Positions 47,072-57,367 of a DNA stretch of 64,000 nucleotides are shown in pieces; positions within the stretch are counted from its first letter, which is position 1; each line of letters opens with the position of its first letter. The notes under the pieces are model-generated. The model was not told where the DNA came from, did no database searches, and saw nothing but the letters and a program-made list of their open reading frames with translations. The stretch is from Patescibacteria group bacterium (lineage in GTDB: Bacteria; Patescibacteriota; Patescibacteriia; UBA10025; JAHIVO01), in the NCBI GenBank assembly GCA_034678405.1, contig JAXDBW010000042.1, forward strand, positions 136 to 64,135. Reading direction: 5' to 3'. The position numbers were made by a program, and so were the translations under genes.

Positions 47072-47109
47072 ATTATAAATCATTAGCACTCTCAGGTCAA
47101 GAGTGCTAA
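47072..47109 (-). promoter_or_regulatory. CIRCE operator overlapping the hrcA promoter
   Basis: Perfect TTAGCACTC-N9-GAGTGCTAA at 47083-47109; minus-strand TTGACC(47100-47095)-17-TATAAT(47077-47072). Confidence 0.95.
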
Positions 47110-47162
47110 TATCATGCTTTTTACTAAATGTCCCCTTTAGCTACCCAGTATTACTTCCGCTA

Positions 47163-47984
47163 TCATTCCCAAACTTCGGTAAACTGAAATGTTTTGAATA
47201 TCATTTTGTTTATTTCAGAATTATTACCACGCAGCAGGTACGTGTGTCCTTTGAGTTCGAACAGATAATTCAGAGCTTCTCCCCCGATCGCCATTGACTC
47301 GGTCACCGACCAACCGGGTATCCCACTCGCATAAATCTTTTTCTTGGTTAACAACGTATCGACCACGTCACTAATTTTTTCATCGATCGGTGTCTGGTCT
47401 ACTGAAATATATGGATATGGATAGCTGCCGTCGATGGGGGCAATCGAAATAGTTGCGTTATCTTGATCAATGATGTTGTATGTCGGCGGGTAGGAAATCC
47501 TGTATGCATACTCCTCGTTCTCATACGTGAGCCAGTCAGAGGTGTCCACCGTCGTGCTGTCGGCATTCGCGTTGGTCGCCGAATTTGTATTGCCGTTTAT
47601 ATTCCCATTGGGATCAGCCACACAAAATGACACAGTCTCACCATAGTCTTCAATTTGTATCCACTGATCTATTTCGCATATTTCTCCTGATTCACAATCA
47701 CTATCGCTCTCACATAATTTGTGACATTTCTGATCACCGCCGACTGTCTCAACCGGTGCAGTACCATCCCATCGCAGCCCACCACTGACCGCATGATAGC
47801 AGTAGTACCCTTCGGGGCAGGAGTTAGACGTATAGGTGCATTCAGGTGTTTCAGCAACCGTAACAGCTGCATCGTTCCCCTCCTCATTATCCTTCACTAC
47901 AAATGCCGCAGTGAGCATGAGCACGGTGATGAGGAAGATAAAACCAATGATGATGGTATAGGTGTAGCCTTTTTGGGTGGTCAT
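47163..47984 (-). CDS. Prepilin-like surface protein with Cys-rich and PsbP-like domains
   Basis: MTTQKG|YTYTIII hydrophobic leader; Cys clusters; WLTYENEEYAYRISYP. Confidence 0.75.
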   Translation of the reverse strand: MTTQKGYTYTIIIGFIFLITVLMLTAAFVVKDNEEGNDAAVTVAETPECTYTSNSCPEGYYCYHAVSGGLRWDGTAPVETVGGDQKCHKLCESDSDCESGEICEIDQWIQIEDYGETVSFCVADPNGNINGNTNSATNANADSTTVDTSDWLTYENEEYAYRISYPPTYNIIDQDNATISIAPIDGSYPYPYISVDQTPIDEKISDVVDTLLTKKKIYASGIPGWSVTESMAIGGEALNYLFELKGHTYLLRGNNSEINKMIFKTFQFTEVWE

Positions 47985-47994
47985 AGAGTGATTA

Positions 47995-49440
47995 TTATTC
48001 AAAACAAGTTAAGATAGTCGTGGGTGTCACGTCATCGACGAGTTCACCACTGCGATACACATCATAGTAACTCGCTGGCGTAAACGTGAAATCGCCACAG
48101 GCGGGTACCTGCCGAGCGCTATCCAGGAGCTGCTCATAGCGCTCATTGCTGGCAGCCTGATCCGCCGGGCATGGCTCGCCACATTCGGCAAATGTCTCCT
48201 GTCCTGTCTTGGTGACTGTTTTTGTCCCCAGATATATGTCATATGTCGCCATCGCTCCAAACCCAGCATCACCGCCCGCAAAGGCCATATGCATGATATT
48301 ACTATCGGGATCAAAAGAGGTAAATCGCAAGGCGGCTAAATAAATGAATTCCAACTGGTCATAGATATTGTGTATCAGTAATTCCTGTGTGCCGGCTGAA
48401 ATAGTATATTTATACAAATCGCACTGGCGATATTGGGCATATTCCGCTCCCTGCCCGCTACTCTGGCAGGGTCCCTGCAAATAATACAGCCGGTCAGGCG
48501 CTACCAGGTAGATATTTCTAATCGAACTCTCTGTATTATCCTCACCACTGAAAAGTATAGATGATGCCCCTGAACTGATAGTATAGACACCGACGCTATG
48601 ATACGTGCTGTCCCCAGGCTCTTTCGTGATGTAGTACACCTTCCCGTCATGATACGCGGCCCGGTTATTAGTCGAGCGCATGAGCAACGTCGCTATTTCG
48701 GACGTCTGTCCATCGGACGACATCTTTTTCAGCGCAGCATATGATGACTGGTTTTGGTGCGTCGGTGGGTCGAGATACAGAAATCCGCCATCCGGCGACG
48801 TCGCGGTGGTACTGCTGACTGGCGTGGCAATTACCGTATACTCACTACCCAGTCCGAGATCGGCCGCGTCAAGGTTCTGAAACATGGTCATAAACATCGA
48901 CCGATACGTTTCGTCATCACAGGTAATTTGCTGCCCATCGATAGAATCATACGCCCGACACAATACATGGTCAGTATCTCCATCATAGAGCCCAAAAAAG
49001 TATGAGGCATCTGGGCAACTCCCTGACCGGCTCCATGCCACCAGCGCATCATCAATCACGAATAGCGCGTTGCGTTTATCATTGCATGTAGAATTCTCAG
49101 CAATCTGCCGAAACGGCGCGAGATCCACGGTCGTCACGTCAGACTCGGTCGGCACACATTTGAGCATAGTGGCCGGACAGTCAGACATCCCTTTCTCTGG
49201 ACAGGGCCCCCAGCCCCGCGACGTCACTTCAAATTCATACCCTGCGGGGCAGGTGCATGCCACCGGTGCCACGGCGGTATGTGAATACTCGAGACTCAGG
49301 TCGCAAACCTGAGTTTGATTGGTCGGGCCAGTATTGCTACCATTCTCCTGCACCACCAGCGCGGCAGTGAGCATCAGCACCGTGATGAGGAAAATGATAC
49401 CGATGATGATGGTATAAGCGTAGCCACGCTGGGATGTCAT
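47995..49440 (-). CDS. Prepilin-like surface protein, Cys-rich with a probable beta-propeller
   Basis: MTSQRG|YAYTIII leader nearly identical to that of the adjacent gene. Confidence 0.75.
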   Translation of the reverse strand: MTSQRGYAYTIIIGIIFLITVLMLTAALVVQENGSNTGPTNQTQVCDLSLEYSHTAVAPVACTCPAGYEFEVTSRGWGPCPEKGMSDCPATMLKCVPTESDVTTVDLAPFRQIAENSTCNDKRNALFVIDDALVAWSRSGSCPDASYFFGLYDGDTDHVLCRAYDSIDGQQITCDDETYRSMFMTMFQNLDAADLGLGSEYTVIATPVSSTTATSPDGGFLYLDPPTHQNQSSYAALKKMSSDGQTSEIATLLMRSTNNRAAYHDGKVYYITKEPGDSTYHSVGVYTISSGASSILFSGEDNTESSIRNIYLVAPDRLYYLQGPCQSSGQGAEYAQYRQCDLYKYTISAGTQELLIHNIYDQLEFIYLAALRFTSFDPDSNIMHMAFAGGDAGFGAMATYDIYLGTKTVTKTGQETFAECGEPCPADQAASNERYEQLLDSARQVPACGDFTFTPASYYDVYRSGELVDDVTPTTILTCFE

Positions 49441-49444
49441 ACGA

Positions 49445-50353
49445 TTAACTTGTGATGGTGAATGAATTGACCATACTCTCAAAGTCCTGAGAATACTGGG
49501 TCGCTGGATCGTACGGGTAATGCGATATGATGTACACCGTGTCTCCGTCGAAATAGTAATATGTTTCGACATTGCCACTCGCCTCTCCGGCCGGGATGAC
49601 GGCGCGATACATACTCAGGCCATTTCGGGTCACCCAGCCCTCCTCCAGAGTGCCGTCTGGGCCATCGTCGATGGTATCGATGAATTCTGCCTGAGTAGTG
49701 ACATCAGATCGATAGTCACTGAATGTTGTTTTGTGGATGGTAAACTGGGGGCCAAAGGCATATCCCTCAGTCGCGCCGGATAGCTCTGGGCTTTCCTCTG
49801 TCGGCAGCCAGACCTGATCATGAAGATACCATCCGTCGGGGGTCGTGAATGAATAGCCGTCCTCACTAGCATACTGCCGTGAGTCGACGGTGCTGGCATT
49901 CGCATTTTCTGTCTCGCTACAGTTTTCTTCCCATTCCCGTAAGCACTTCTGTTTAGCTTCGCACCAGGTATAGCCAGCGCTGGGGATGCAGCCGTGTTCA
50001 TCGCGATCACCGCCGAGAATCGCGTCGTTTACATTAGTATCAGTGTTCACATTCTCCTGCACACCCGTCCCATCAGGCTGCTGAGTGACACACTGAGCGG
50101 CGACACACGCACAGGTCGTGCCCGATGGCAGGACATATGATATATCTACTTTACCAATCTTCAGTGGCACGGTGCTCCAGCAACCTGCGGTCGACCCTGT
50201 CTCAACCAGGGTGCACTCGCTGGTAGCGAGGCATGCCGTATCTCCCCCCACGGTCCAGTCAGTAAAGAGCACCGCGGCCCCTCCCGCCAATAGGATGACA
50301 ACCAGTACACTTATAATGATACTGGTTTTGGTAAAACCTTGTGAAGTAGTCAT
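49445..50353 (-). CDS. Prepilin-like surface protein
   Basis: MTTSQG|FTK leader; GGDRDEHGCIPSAGYTWCE..KC.R.WE module; GYSFTTPDGW. Confidence 0.75.
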   Translation of the reverse strand: MTTSQGFTKTSIIISVLVVILLAGGAAVLFTDWTVGGDTACLATSECTLVETGSTAGCWSTVPLKIGKVDISYVLPSGTTCACVAAQCVTQQPDGTGVQENVNTDTNVNDAILGGDRDEHGCIPSAGYTWCEAKQKCLREWEENCSETENANASTVDSRQYASEDGYSFTTPDGWYLHDQVWLPTEESPELSGATEGYAFGPQFTIHKTTFSDYRSDVTTQAEFIDTIDDGPDGTLEEGWVTRNGLSMYRAVIPAGEASGNVETYYYFDGDTVYIISHYPYDPATQYSQDFESMVNSFTITS

Positions 50354-50376
50354 AGTATCGTCTGGTAATGTGATAA

Positions 50377-51153
50377 CTATGGCAAGTCTATGGTCTCGAG
50401 GATTTCTTTGGCGGTCTCATACTCCGGCTGATCCACGAGGTTATTCGCTTCACAGGCGGTGTAGTCAGCAAACTCGAGATCGGTACTACAGCTGAAATAC
50501 GACTGGAAGACAAAGCCCTTGATCTCCGTCGTCCCCGCCACAGTCGGATCATCACCAAATACTTCATTGACCTGACCCTCATAGACGAGATTGGCCAGCT
50601 GGACAGACTCACCCTCGATAGTAATCGTCTCCCCGCTCTTCACCTCTCCCGCACCAATGCCGGTCCGTCCAAGGATACCACCATCATCGCCGGGCAGCAT
50701 CAACCCTACCATCAGCCGGTACTGATTGTCCGGGCTATAGAATTTAAGATAGCGGATGGGAAACTCGGTAAATGTTTCGTCCGTAGTCACTTCCTCATAC
50801 TCCTCAGTCCAGTCGCAAGGATACTGGACGGTATAGCCATATTCTGCATTCGTATACGTATGCCACGGACAGGCCGTCGAGGCTGATGCATTTGTATTAG
50901 TTGTGTCAGAATTCACATTTTCATTTGTTGCGGTGGCCACGTTGGCATTCTCATTGGTCGTCGTATTCACGTTTTGATTTGCATTGAAGTTTGCAGTGTT
51001 TGTATTGGCAGTGGCATGCGTCGCGCTATTGGTCGGCGCGATGTCATCGGCCTTATATTTGATCAAATAATATGCCGCGCCAACCATACCGAGCGCCACC
51101 AGAGCAATGGTAACCGCGGCTACAATGTGGATAAAACCCCGTTCTTTTTTCAT
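50377..51153 (-). CDS. Prepilin-like surface protein with N/T-rich stalk and PsbP-like domain
   Basis: MKKERG|FIHIV leader; WHTYTNAEYGYTVQYP. Confidence 0.75.
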   Translation of the reverse strand: MKKERGFIHIVAAVTIALVALGMVGAAYYLIKYKADDIAPTNSATHATANTNTANFNANQNVNTTTNENANVATATNENVNSDTTNTNASASTACPWHTYTNAEYGYTVQYPCDWTEEYEEVTTDETFTEFPIRYLKFYSPDNQYRLMVGLMLPGDDGGILGRTGIGAGEVKSGETITIEGESVQLANLVYEGQVNEVFGDDPTVAGTTEIKGFVFQSYFSCSTDLEFADYTACEANNLVDQPEYETAKEILETIDLP

Positions 51154-51171
51154 AGGCCCCATACTTATTAA

Positions 51172-51546
51172 TTATTTTTGTAATACCTTATTAACTTCGT
51201 TAACGACATCGGCGAGATGCCAGTCTGTTTTGACCAGATAGCCGCGCGCTCCCTGCTCGATGGCTCGGGTGATCTCATCCCCACCCCCGAGATTGCTGAG
51301 CATGATAACTTTGGCCGTCCTACCCCAGTCATCTTCCCGGAGTTTCTGCAGCATCGTGATACCGTCCATCACCGGCATCACGATATCGAGCAGGATGACG
51401 TCCGGATGCTCGGCTAGCGCGGCGCCGAGACCTTCTTCGCCGTTTTGGGCCTCGAGGACACGAAAATCCTCATGCATAAATTTCACGCGAAGTGCATCAC
51501 GCAATATTTTCTCATCCTCGACGATCAGGACGGTCGCCGTATTCAT
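51172..51546 (-). CDS. Single-domain response regulator (receiver)
   Basis: LIVEDE, LLDIVMPVMDG, MLSN and YLVK motifs. Confidence 0.92.
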   Translation of the reverse strand: MNTATVLIVEDEKILRDALRVKFMHEDFRVLEAQNGEEGLGAALAEHPDVILLDIVMPVMDGITMLQKLREDDWGRTAKVIMLSNLGGGDEITRAIEQGARGYLVKTDWHLADVVNEVNKVLQK

Positions 51547-51580
51547 AGTCAATGACAACTAATAATTATCGTATCCGGAG

Positions 51581-52483
51581 TTATTCCCCCGCGGGGACGA
51601 CGTCCCCATTGTGTAATTTCTGACAAACGTTTTGGATACAATCCACGCTATACTCGCTATTCTGCTGTGAATTAGGGCAGTACGGAGTTGAGTACTGAGG
51701 ACAGCTCGGGACAGTATCAGAGCACTGCGTCTGGGTTTCTGCCCGGAGATCCACATATGACTCGGTATTCACCGCCACGAAATTCGGATCGCTGTATTCG
51801 ATACAATTAGGCGGCGTGCAGCAATCGGCGTGATCATAGGCGGCATCGACGAGTGAGCAATCGTCGGCCGTGACACAACTCGTCCCGACAGTCCCATTGG
51901 AAAGGGAGACCGTGCCGGCAGTTGTGGTAATCACCACGCTGTTGGTATTTGCGTCTGTTGTCGCATTAATATTGGCTGATGAATTGGTATTATTGGGTGG
52001 GGTACAGTATCCCGCTCCACATGTCGACCCAGTGGCCGTATTGACGGATTTAATAGTCCGATCAATCTCCTGATCAGTGAGGCTAGTGTCACGAGGAAGA
52101 AACAGAGCGGCGTATACCACCGCCGTAAATGAAAGAAGGGTGATCAAGACCAACACCAGCCACACAGCTGTGTGATGACGATGATGCCGGGCGGGCAGGT
52201 CCACTTGCGGCACCGGTACCTTAGTCATATTAAATTTCTCCGGGACGAGCCGTGACGGGGTAACTGGCGTGGCCTGAGACTTCGGTGTGGCGATGACTGT
52301 TGGTTTCTGAGTGCGGGCGGTCGGCTGCGTAGTCCGCGGAGCCTTCTGCCGTGGAGTGACCTGCGACGCGCTGCGCTTCCGCTTCGGAATGGCTTTCTTT
52401 CTGGTGGTGGTTTTTTTTCCGGCAGAGCCGGATCCAGCTTTGCCGGATTTCTTCTTTGTGGTGGCAGTTGTACTTTTTTTCAT
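51581..52483 (-). CDS. Membrane protein with Lys-rich cytoplasmic tail and Cys-rich extracellular domain
   Basis: K/T-rich N-terminus, single TM, C...DC...CC...C module. Confidence 0.7.
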   Translation of the reverse strand: MKKSTTATTKKKSGKAGSGSAGKKTTTRKKAIPKRKRSASQVTPRQKAPRTTQPTARTQKPTVIATPKSQATPVTPSRLVPEKFNMTKVPVPQVDLPARHHRHHTAVWLVLVLITLLSFTAVVYAALFLPRDTSLTDQEIDRTIKSVNTATGSTCGAGYCTPPNNTNSSANINATTDANTNSVVITTTAGTVSLSNGTVGTSCVTADDCSLVDAAYDHADCCTPPNCIEYSDPNFVAVNTESYVDLRAETQTQCSDTVPSCPQYSTPYCPNSQQNSEYSVDCIQNVCQKLHNGDVVPAGE

Positions 52484-52496
52484 TGCTGCTATGCTG

Positions 52497-53048
52497 TTAC
52501 TCCGCGTTAGTCGGGGCTGCGGCAATCATGACATTCCATGATCCCGCCCCTCCAGGGATATAGATCGCTTCACCCTCAGCTCCACGCATATCGACGGTAT
52601 CAACATACACGCTGAGTGCGGTCACGACGTCAGGACTCCCGAGGGCTGGCTCAGTGAAGTTCCACATGACCGTCTGCGCATCGTCACTTACTGACATCAC
52701 GCCCGGGACACGCTCATCGATACCCTGCAGGACATAAAAATTAGTTGTGGTAATGGTGGCGGGGTTAATTGGTTTCGAGAATGTCAGTGATACCGCTGCT
52801 ATCTCAGCACTCACGCTCTCTGCCTCGGGCGTCGTGCCGGTGAGGTAGATATCCCCGGATGAATCATTGATCACTATGGTATTCGGATTCGTCTCATCAG
52901 TCATCGTAGTCGGTGCGGATGCCTTTTGGATAAATAAGAAATATATTGCAAACAGGAATCCGAGAATAATGATAGCCCCCACCCCGAGCCAGAGCTTGCG
53001 CTTGGCTGCCTGGACCCGAGGATCGATTGGTTGCGGATTGTTTTGCAT
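52497..53048 (-). CDS. Membrane-anchored Ig-like (Big_5/SbsA-type) protein
   Basis: TM; TTP....VS....SLTFSKPINPATI. Confidence 0.7.
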   Translation of the reverse strand: MQNNPQPIDPRVQAAKRKLWLGVGAIIILGFLFAIYFLFIQKASAPTTMTDETNPNTIVINDSSGDIYLTGTTPEAESVSAEIAAVSLTFSKPINPATITTTNFYVLQGIDERVPGVMSVSDDAQTVMWNFTEPALGSPDVVTALSVYVDTVDMRGAEGEAIYIPGGAGSWNVMIAAAPTNAE

Positions 53049-53114
53049 AGTACATACAGTATACCAAAAACCGCCGTCAGTGTGTACCGGCGGCGGCCGT
53101 GATATAGTCGCAGA

Positions 53115-53933
53115 CTATTCTGCTCGATTGAAACTCCAAAACGCAAGGATAAACATCACTAGCCCAAAGGCGAGGATGACCAGCATATTCTCGGTCGAGG
53201 AATGGAGCAGGATCGAGTCCAGCACCTGCTTCGGCGCGTCAGTGAAGACCACTCGCCGCAGCCCATCCACCGCATAGGTCAGCGGATTGACAGTAGAGAG
53301 GACTTCCATCCATTTCGGCACATTGGTCAGGGAGAAAAACGCGCCTGAGAGGAACATCATCGGGAAGAAGAGAAACTGAAAGACAAATTGGAACCCCTCC
53401 GCATTCCGCATCCGCGAGGCGATGAAGAGCCCGAGCGCCGTCACGGCAAATGACAGGAGGAGCGCGAAGAAGAGAATGCCGGGAATGGTCGACCACACGA
53501 TGTCGAGCCCGAAGAGGGGCGACAGGGCGATCAGGAGGACGGCCTGGAAGAGACCAATCACGATGCCCGAGAGCACCTTGCCAAACATGATCGAGGCTCG
53601 CGAGACGGGCGCGACGAGGATTTCCTTCAGGAAACCAAACTCCCGATCGGTTACGATCGAAATCGAGGTATTCAGCGCGACACCGAGCGTGGTCGTGGCG
53701 ATAATGCCGGGGAACATAAACTGGACGAAATTGAACCCGATACCCGGTCCCCCGCCCATGGATATGGTCGCCTCGAGTCCGACGCCGAAGATGCCGAGGA
53801 AAATGACCGGTTGCATCACCGAGCCGATGATTCGAGCTTTGTCTTTGAAAAACCGGAGCAGATCACGCATGAAGATATTACGCACCGAGCGGAGCTCCAG
53901 GGCAAATCCTGTTGTATTGGTAGTAGTTGTCAT
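53115..53933 (-). CDS. ABC-2 type exporter permease (DrrB-like)
   Basis: DREFGFLKEILVAPVSR, FLSGAFF and NPLTYAVDGLR motifs. Confidence 0.93.
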   Translation of the reverse strand: MTTTTNTTGFALELRSVRNIFMRDLLRFFKDKARIIGSVMQPVIFLGIFGVGLEATISMGGGPGIGFNFVQFMFPGIIATTTLGVALNTSISIVTDREFGFLKEILVAPVSRASIMFGKVLSGIVIGLFQAVLLIALSPLFGLDIVWSTIPGILFFALLLSFAVTALGLFIASRMRNAEGFQFVFQFLFFPMMFLSGAFFSLTNVPKWMEVLSTVNPLTYAVDGLRRVVFTDAPKQVLDSILLHSSTENMLVILAFGLVMFILAFWSFNRAE

Positions 53934-54922
53934 CGTCTAAATCCTCTCTTCCTTAAAAAGTTTTTAGATTTCTCAGCGGCACTTGGCGCTTCATCCCGGA
54001 TCTTCGACCCCGTGAGTTTGATGAAGACATCATCAAGCGTCGGCTGCTTGAGTTCGATTGACTGCACTTGCTGGGGGAGCTCACGAATCAGTTTCGGTAG
54101 AACTTCATCGCCATCCTTTACGACTGCTTTTATCTTTTTCTCATCGATCCGGACGTCCTGAGAAAAATGATCCTTGATGTATGCGATGGCCTGATCGTTA
54201 TTGTCGGTCTGCATGGTAATGATATCACCGCCCACACCCTCTTTTAGTTTGTCAGGGGTATCCATAGCCACGATCTTTCCATGGTCAATGACGGCAATCC
54301 GGTCACAGTACTCGGCTTCATTGAGATAGTGAGTCGTCATGAAAAGGGTAATCTTCTCCTGCTTGGCGACTTTCAGGATGTACTGCCACATGGTCGCGCG
54401 GGTCTGCGGGTCGAGACCAATGGTTGGCTCATCGAGGAAGAGAATCTTCGGATAGTGGAGCATCCCGCGGACGATCTCGAGCCGTCGTTTCATCCCCCCG
54501 GAGAAATCCCGGACCGGCTTATTAGCCCGGTCAGCGAGATCGACCAGTTCGAGTAGCTCATGTGCTCGTTTCTTATACACACTCGAGGGTACACCATAGA
54601 ATTCCGCATGGAAGCGGAGATTCTGATAAGCGCTCAGTTCTTCGTCCAGGGTTGGCTCCTGGAATACCATGCCGATTGATTTTCGGACAGCGATACGCTC
54701 AGTCTTCACTGAGTGCCCGGCGATACGCGCCTCGCCGCTGGTGGGCTTGAGAAGCGTGGAGAACATTTTGATGGTAGTCGTCTTCCCGGCGCCATTTGGC
54801 CCGAGGAAACCAAACACCTCACCCTCCCGCACCGTGAAGCTGATCCCCTTTACCGCTTGGAAATCTTTAAACGAGCGGGTCAGGTTTTCGACTTCGATGA
54901 TTGTGGGGTTTGATTCGTTCAT
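53930..54922 (-). CDS. ABC exporter ATP-binding subunit (DrrA-like)
   Basis: GPNGAGKTT, FSGGMKRR, LDEPT and TTHY motifs. Confidence 0.95.
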   Translation of the reverse strand: MNESNPTIIEVENLTRSFKDFQAVKGISFTVREGEVFGFLGPNGAGKTTTIKMFSTLLKPTSGEARIAGHSVKTERIAVRKSIGMVFQEPTLDEELSAYQNLRFHAEFYGVPSSVYKKRAHELLELVDLADRANKPVRDFSGGMKRRLEIVRGMLHYPKILFLDEPTIGLDPQTRATMWQYILKVAKQEKITLFMTTHYLNEAEYCDRIAVIDHGKIVAMDTPDKLKEGVGGDIITMQTDNNDQAIAYIKDHFSQDVRIDEKKIKAVVKDGDEVLPKLIRELPQQVQSIELKQPTLDDVFIKLTGSKIRDEAPSAAEKSKNFLRKRGFRR

Positions 54923-55185
54923 GCGAGTTTTTGGATTTTTTTAAGCTTGTTAATAGTTTTCGATCCGGCCTTCACGTGTGATTCATACATGTTGATCATC
55001 TTGCCGATGTCTTGCTCGCGTACCAGGCCGATAATTGTGGAATGTTTGGTGAATACAACGAGTGAATCTCCCGGCTTGATATTGAGCTGGCGACGAAGTT
55101 TCGCAGGGATGACGATCTGCCCCTGGCTGGCGACGGTCACCGAACCATGGACGTCATACTGCATATGAGGGTTTTTCGGGGTCAT
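54919..55185 (-). CDS. AbrB/MazE/SpoVT-family DNA-binding protein
   Basis: VASQGQIVIPAKLRRQLNIKPGD. Confidence 0.9.
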   Translation of the reverse strand: MTPKNPHMQYDVHGSVTVASQGQIVIPAKLRRQLNIKPGDSLVVFTKHSTIIGLVREQDIGKMINMYESHVKAGSKTINKLKKIQKLA

Positions 55186-55374
55186 AGGCGTTTCTATAGA
55201 ATATTATATATTTTATAGATTAGTATACTCCCCCGGGATGGCCCGTCAAGCACAAAAAAACGGGCATTTCTGTATACCCGTTTTAGTGATGTGTCTAGCA
55301 GCCGCAGCCACCGCCGCACGGACAGTCGCCATCTCCACCATGATTGTTATACATAGACATATTTATATAAATCA

Positions 55375-56427
55375 TTACTGCTCTAGTATACGCGAGGACG
55401 GCTCACCGGGCAACTCCGATTTCGTCGTCTCGCCGTTTGCGGGGACATCCTTGAGAAATTTCAATCCGACATTTGAGAGGAAGATGAGTCCAATTGCCAC
55501 TTTCACAAAATCAGCTGCCCGCAGCACCATAGTAAAGGCCACGCCGAGTGACGGTGTATACCCGAGCGCCCGGAAGACAATGGCCTGACTGGCCTCAAAC
55601 GAACCGAGTGAGGCTGGAATCGGGATAAGAAATGAAAGAATCATGAAAACCATCATCACGAGAATGTCGAGGAAATGGCCTGATATATTGAGGGCGTGGA
55701 GCACCACCATAAACTGGATAAAGATGACGATCCCCCCGAGCAAAGACAGGAGTAGGCCTTCGATAAATATTCTTGGTCGCCGTTGGAAGAATTGGATAAT
55801 GATACTCTCGAAGTACAACATTTTTTCAAAAAATTTGCTCAGCCGTTTGAATCGGTGGATCCGGAAAAATTTAAGAAATGATGAAAAAAAGCCAATACCG
55901 CGATACGTCTGCACATAGAAAAGCCCAAGTAAGACTACCAGAATGAAAAGGGTCGCCACAAACACACTAATCGCCTCCCAGCTAATCTGATAGGTAAACA
56001 TAGCATAGATGAGCGCCCCGATGAGGAAAGGTAAGGGATACGTAAAGTCCAGAATCTTGTCCACGATAATCGAGGCCATGCCCCGAGAGAGACGGATTTT
56101 TGTCTTGCGTTTCAGTAGATAGGCTCGGATAGGCTCCCCTCCGACGTAGGGGCCGGGGGTGATGAAGCTGATAGCAAACCCGACGAACTTCGGGGCGAGG
56201 AGATCACGAAACGTGACGTGGTCCCCCTGCGCTGCGAGTACCCGCTGCCACCGGTAAATAGTGATGGCAATCTGCAATAACCCGAGACCAATCACGACCA
56301 GTAAAATCTCCCAAGAGAATGAAGAAAAGACACGAACGATTTCATCCGTGCCAATATACAACACCACGCCAATGAATAGCGCGATACCCACCAGCGTGGA
56401 GACGATAAAGAGAAGGATTTTCTTCAT
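55375..56427 (-). CDS. Lysylphosphatidylglycerol-synthase TM-region/flippase-like protein
   Basis: YRWQ, ITPG..VGGEPIRAY and PASLGSFE motifs. Confidence 0.85.
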   Translation of the reverse strand: MKKILLFIVSTLVGIALFIGVVLYIGTDEIVRVFSSFSWEILLVVIGLGLLQIAITIYRWQRVLAAQGDHVTFRDLLAPKFVGFAISFITPGPYVGGEPIRAYLLKRKTKIRLSRGMASIIVDKILDFTYPLPFLIGALIYAMFTYQISWEAISVFVATLFILVVLLGLFYVQTYRGIGFFSSFLKFFRIHRFKRLSKFFEKMLYFESIIIQFFQRRPRIFIEGLLLSLLGGIVIFIQFMVVLHALNISGHFLDILVMMVFMILSFLIPIPASLGSFEASQAIVFRALGYTPSLGVAFTMVLRAADFVKVAIGLIFLSNVGLKFLKDVPANGETTKSELPGEPSSRILEQ

Positions 56428-56496
56428 GGAAACGAGATAGAGACAAAAAGAGGTCTGATAGACACTAGTATATCCTGTTTATCGCCGTTTTTCAAT

Positions 56497-57294
56497 CTAG
56501 TCGTTCGGATAGACGACAATCACCACTTTCGCGCCCATATCGACATCGCCGCCGTTCCAATCGTGCATTGCCTCCATCACCACATCGATGTCATAGACGT
56601 AATTCTCCCCTTTCCGCGTGCCGACGTCATTGGTGATAAAGGTATCAGTAGTATAGCCCCGCACCACGAACATATGATACAGCGGACCACCACTACGGAA
56701 ATTTGGATTTCCGAGCTGCTTACCGGCAGCCGGGATGATGACTGGGCGTCCTGCCGCGATGTGCCGCTTGATATCATCCACCGACGGATCCTGGATCACG
56801 TCGACACGATCATAGCCCCAGTAGTCACGGATAAACTGCGCGGTCTCAGCCGCGGTTGTGTCTTTATAGAACCCCAAATGCTCCTCCTCCCAGGCAACGA
56901 GATCAAGAATCTCTTTATCAGCGATTTCTGGTGTGAATGTCTGCGATTGATAATAATAGTGGACCGTTATAGCCGAAGCCTCTTCACAGGCCTCCTGATA
57001 CGGATAGTCCCAGTTCGCATGCGGTGCCTGGGTGGTAAACGGCACATTGAGATTGAGCTCGTCAGGGATGGCGACCGGCTCCGGCTCAGCTACCGGGTCA
57101 GTATTTACGTTTTCATCTACAGTATCCGGCTCGGTGTCGACATTGCGGAAGGCATCATAATTCACCGCCGGTGGGGCGGGGTCTTCCATCCATTGCTCCC
57201 AAACGTCAGTAATCCGGTGACGGCCGAGGAATACCAGGCCCGCCAGGATGAAGATAATGAGTATGAAATTTAGCCAAAATATGTGTTTACGCAT
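56497..57294 (-). CDS. Membrane-anchored C39-like cysteine peptidase
   Basis: VPFTTQAP, YQEACEEAS, YHMFVVRGY and ITNDVG motifs. Confidence 0.85.
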   Translation of the reverse strand: MRKHIFWLNFILIIFILAGLVFLGRHRITDVWEQWMEDPAPPAVNYDAFRNVDTEPDTVDENVNTDPVAEPEPVAIPDELNLNVPFTTQAPHANWDYPYQEACEEASAITVHYYYQSQTFTPEIADKEILDLVAWEEEHLGFYKDTTAAETAQFIRDYWGYDRVDVIQDPSVDDIKRHIAAGRPVIIPAAGKQLGNPNFRSGGPLYHMFVVRGYTTDTFITNDVGTRKGENYVYDIDVVMEAMHDWNGGDVDMGAKVVIVVYPND

Positions 57295-57367
57295 GCGCCA
57301 ACGATTAGCCTCCTATTAACTCGGGACTATAGAGGAGTGGGCACAGAAAGTCAAGCGGACAACACGA

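Noticed and set aside
54919-55185. MazE-type antitoxin of a toxin-antitoxin pair
   Set aside because: No toxin gene follows; it is coupled to an ABC exporter, consistent with a regulator.
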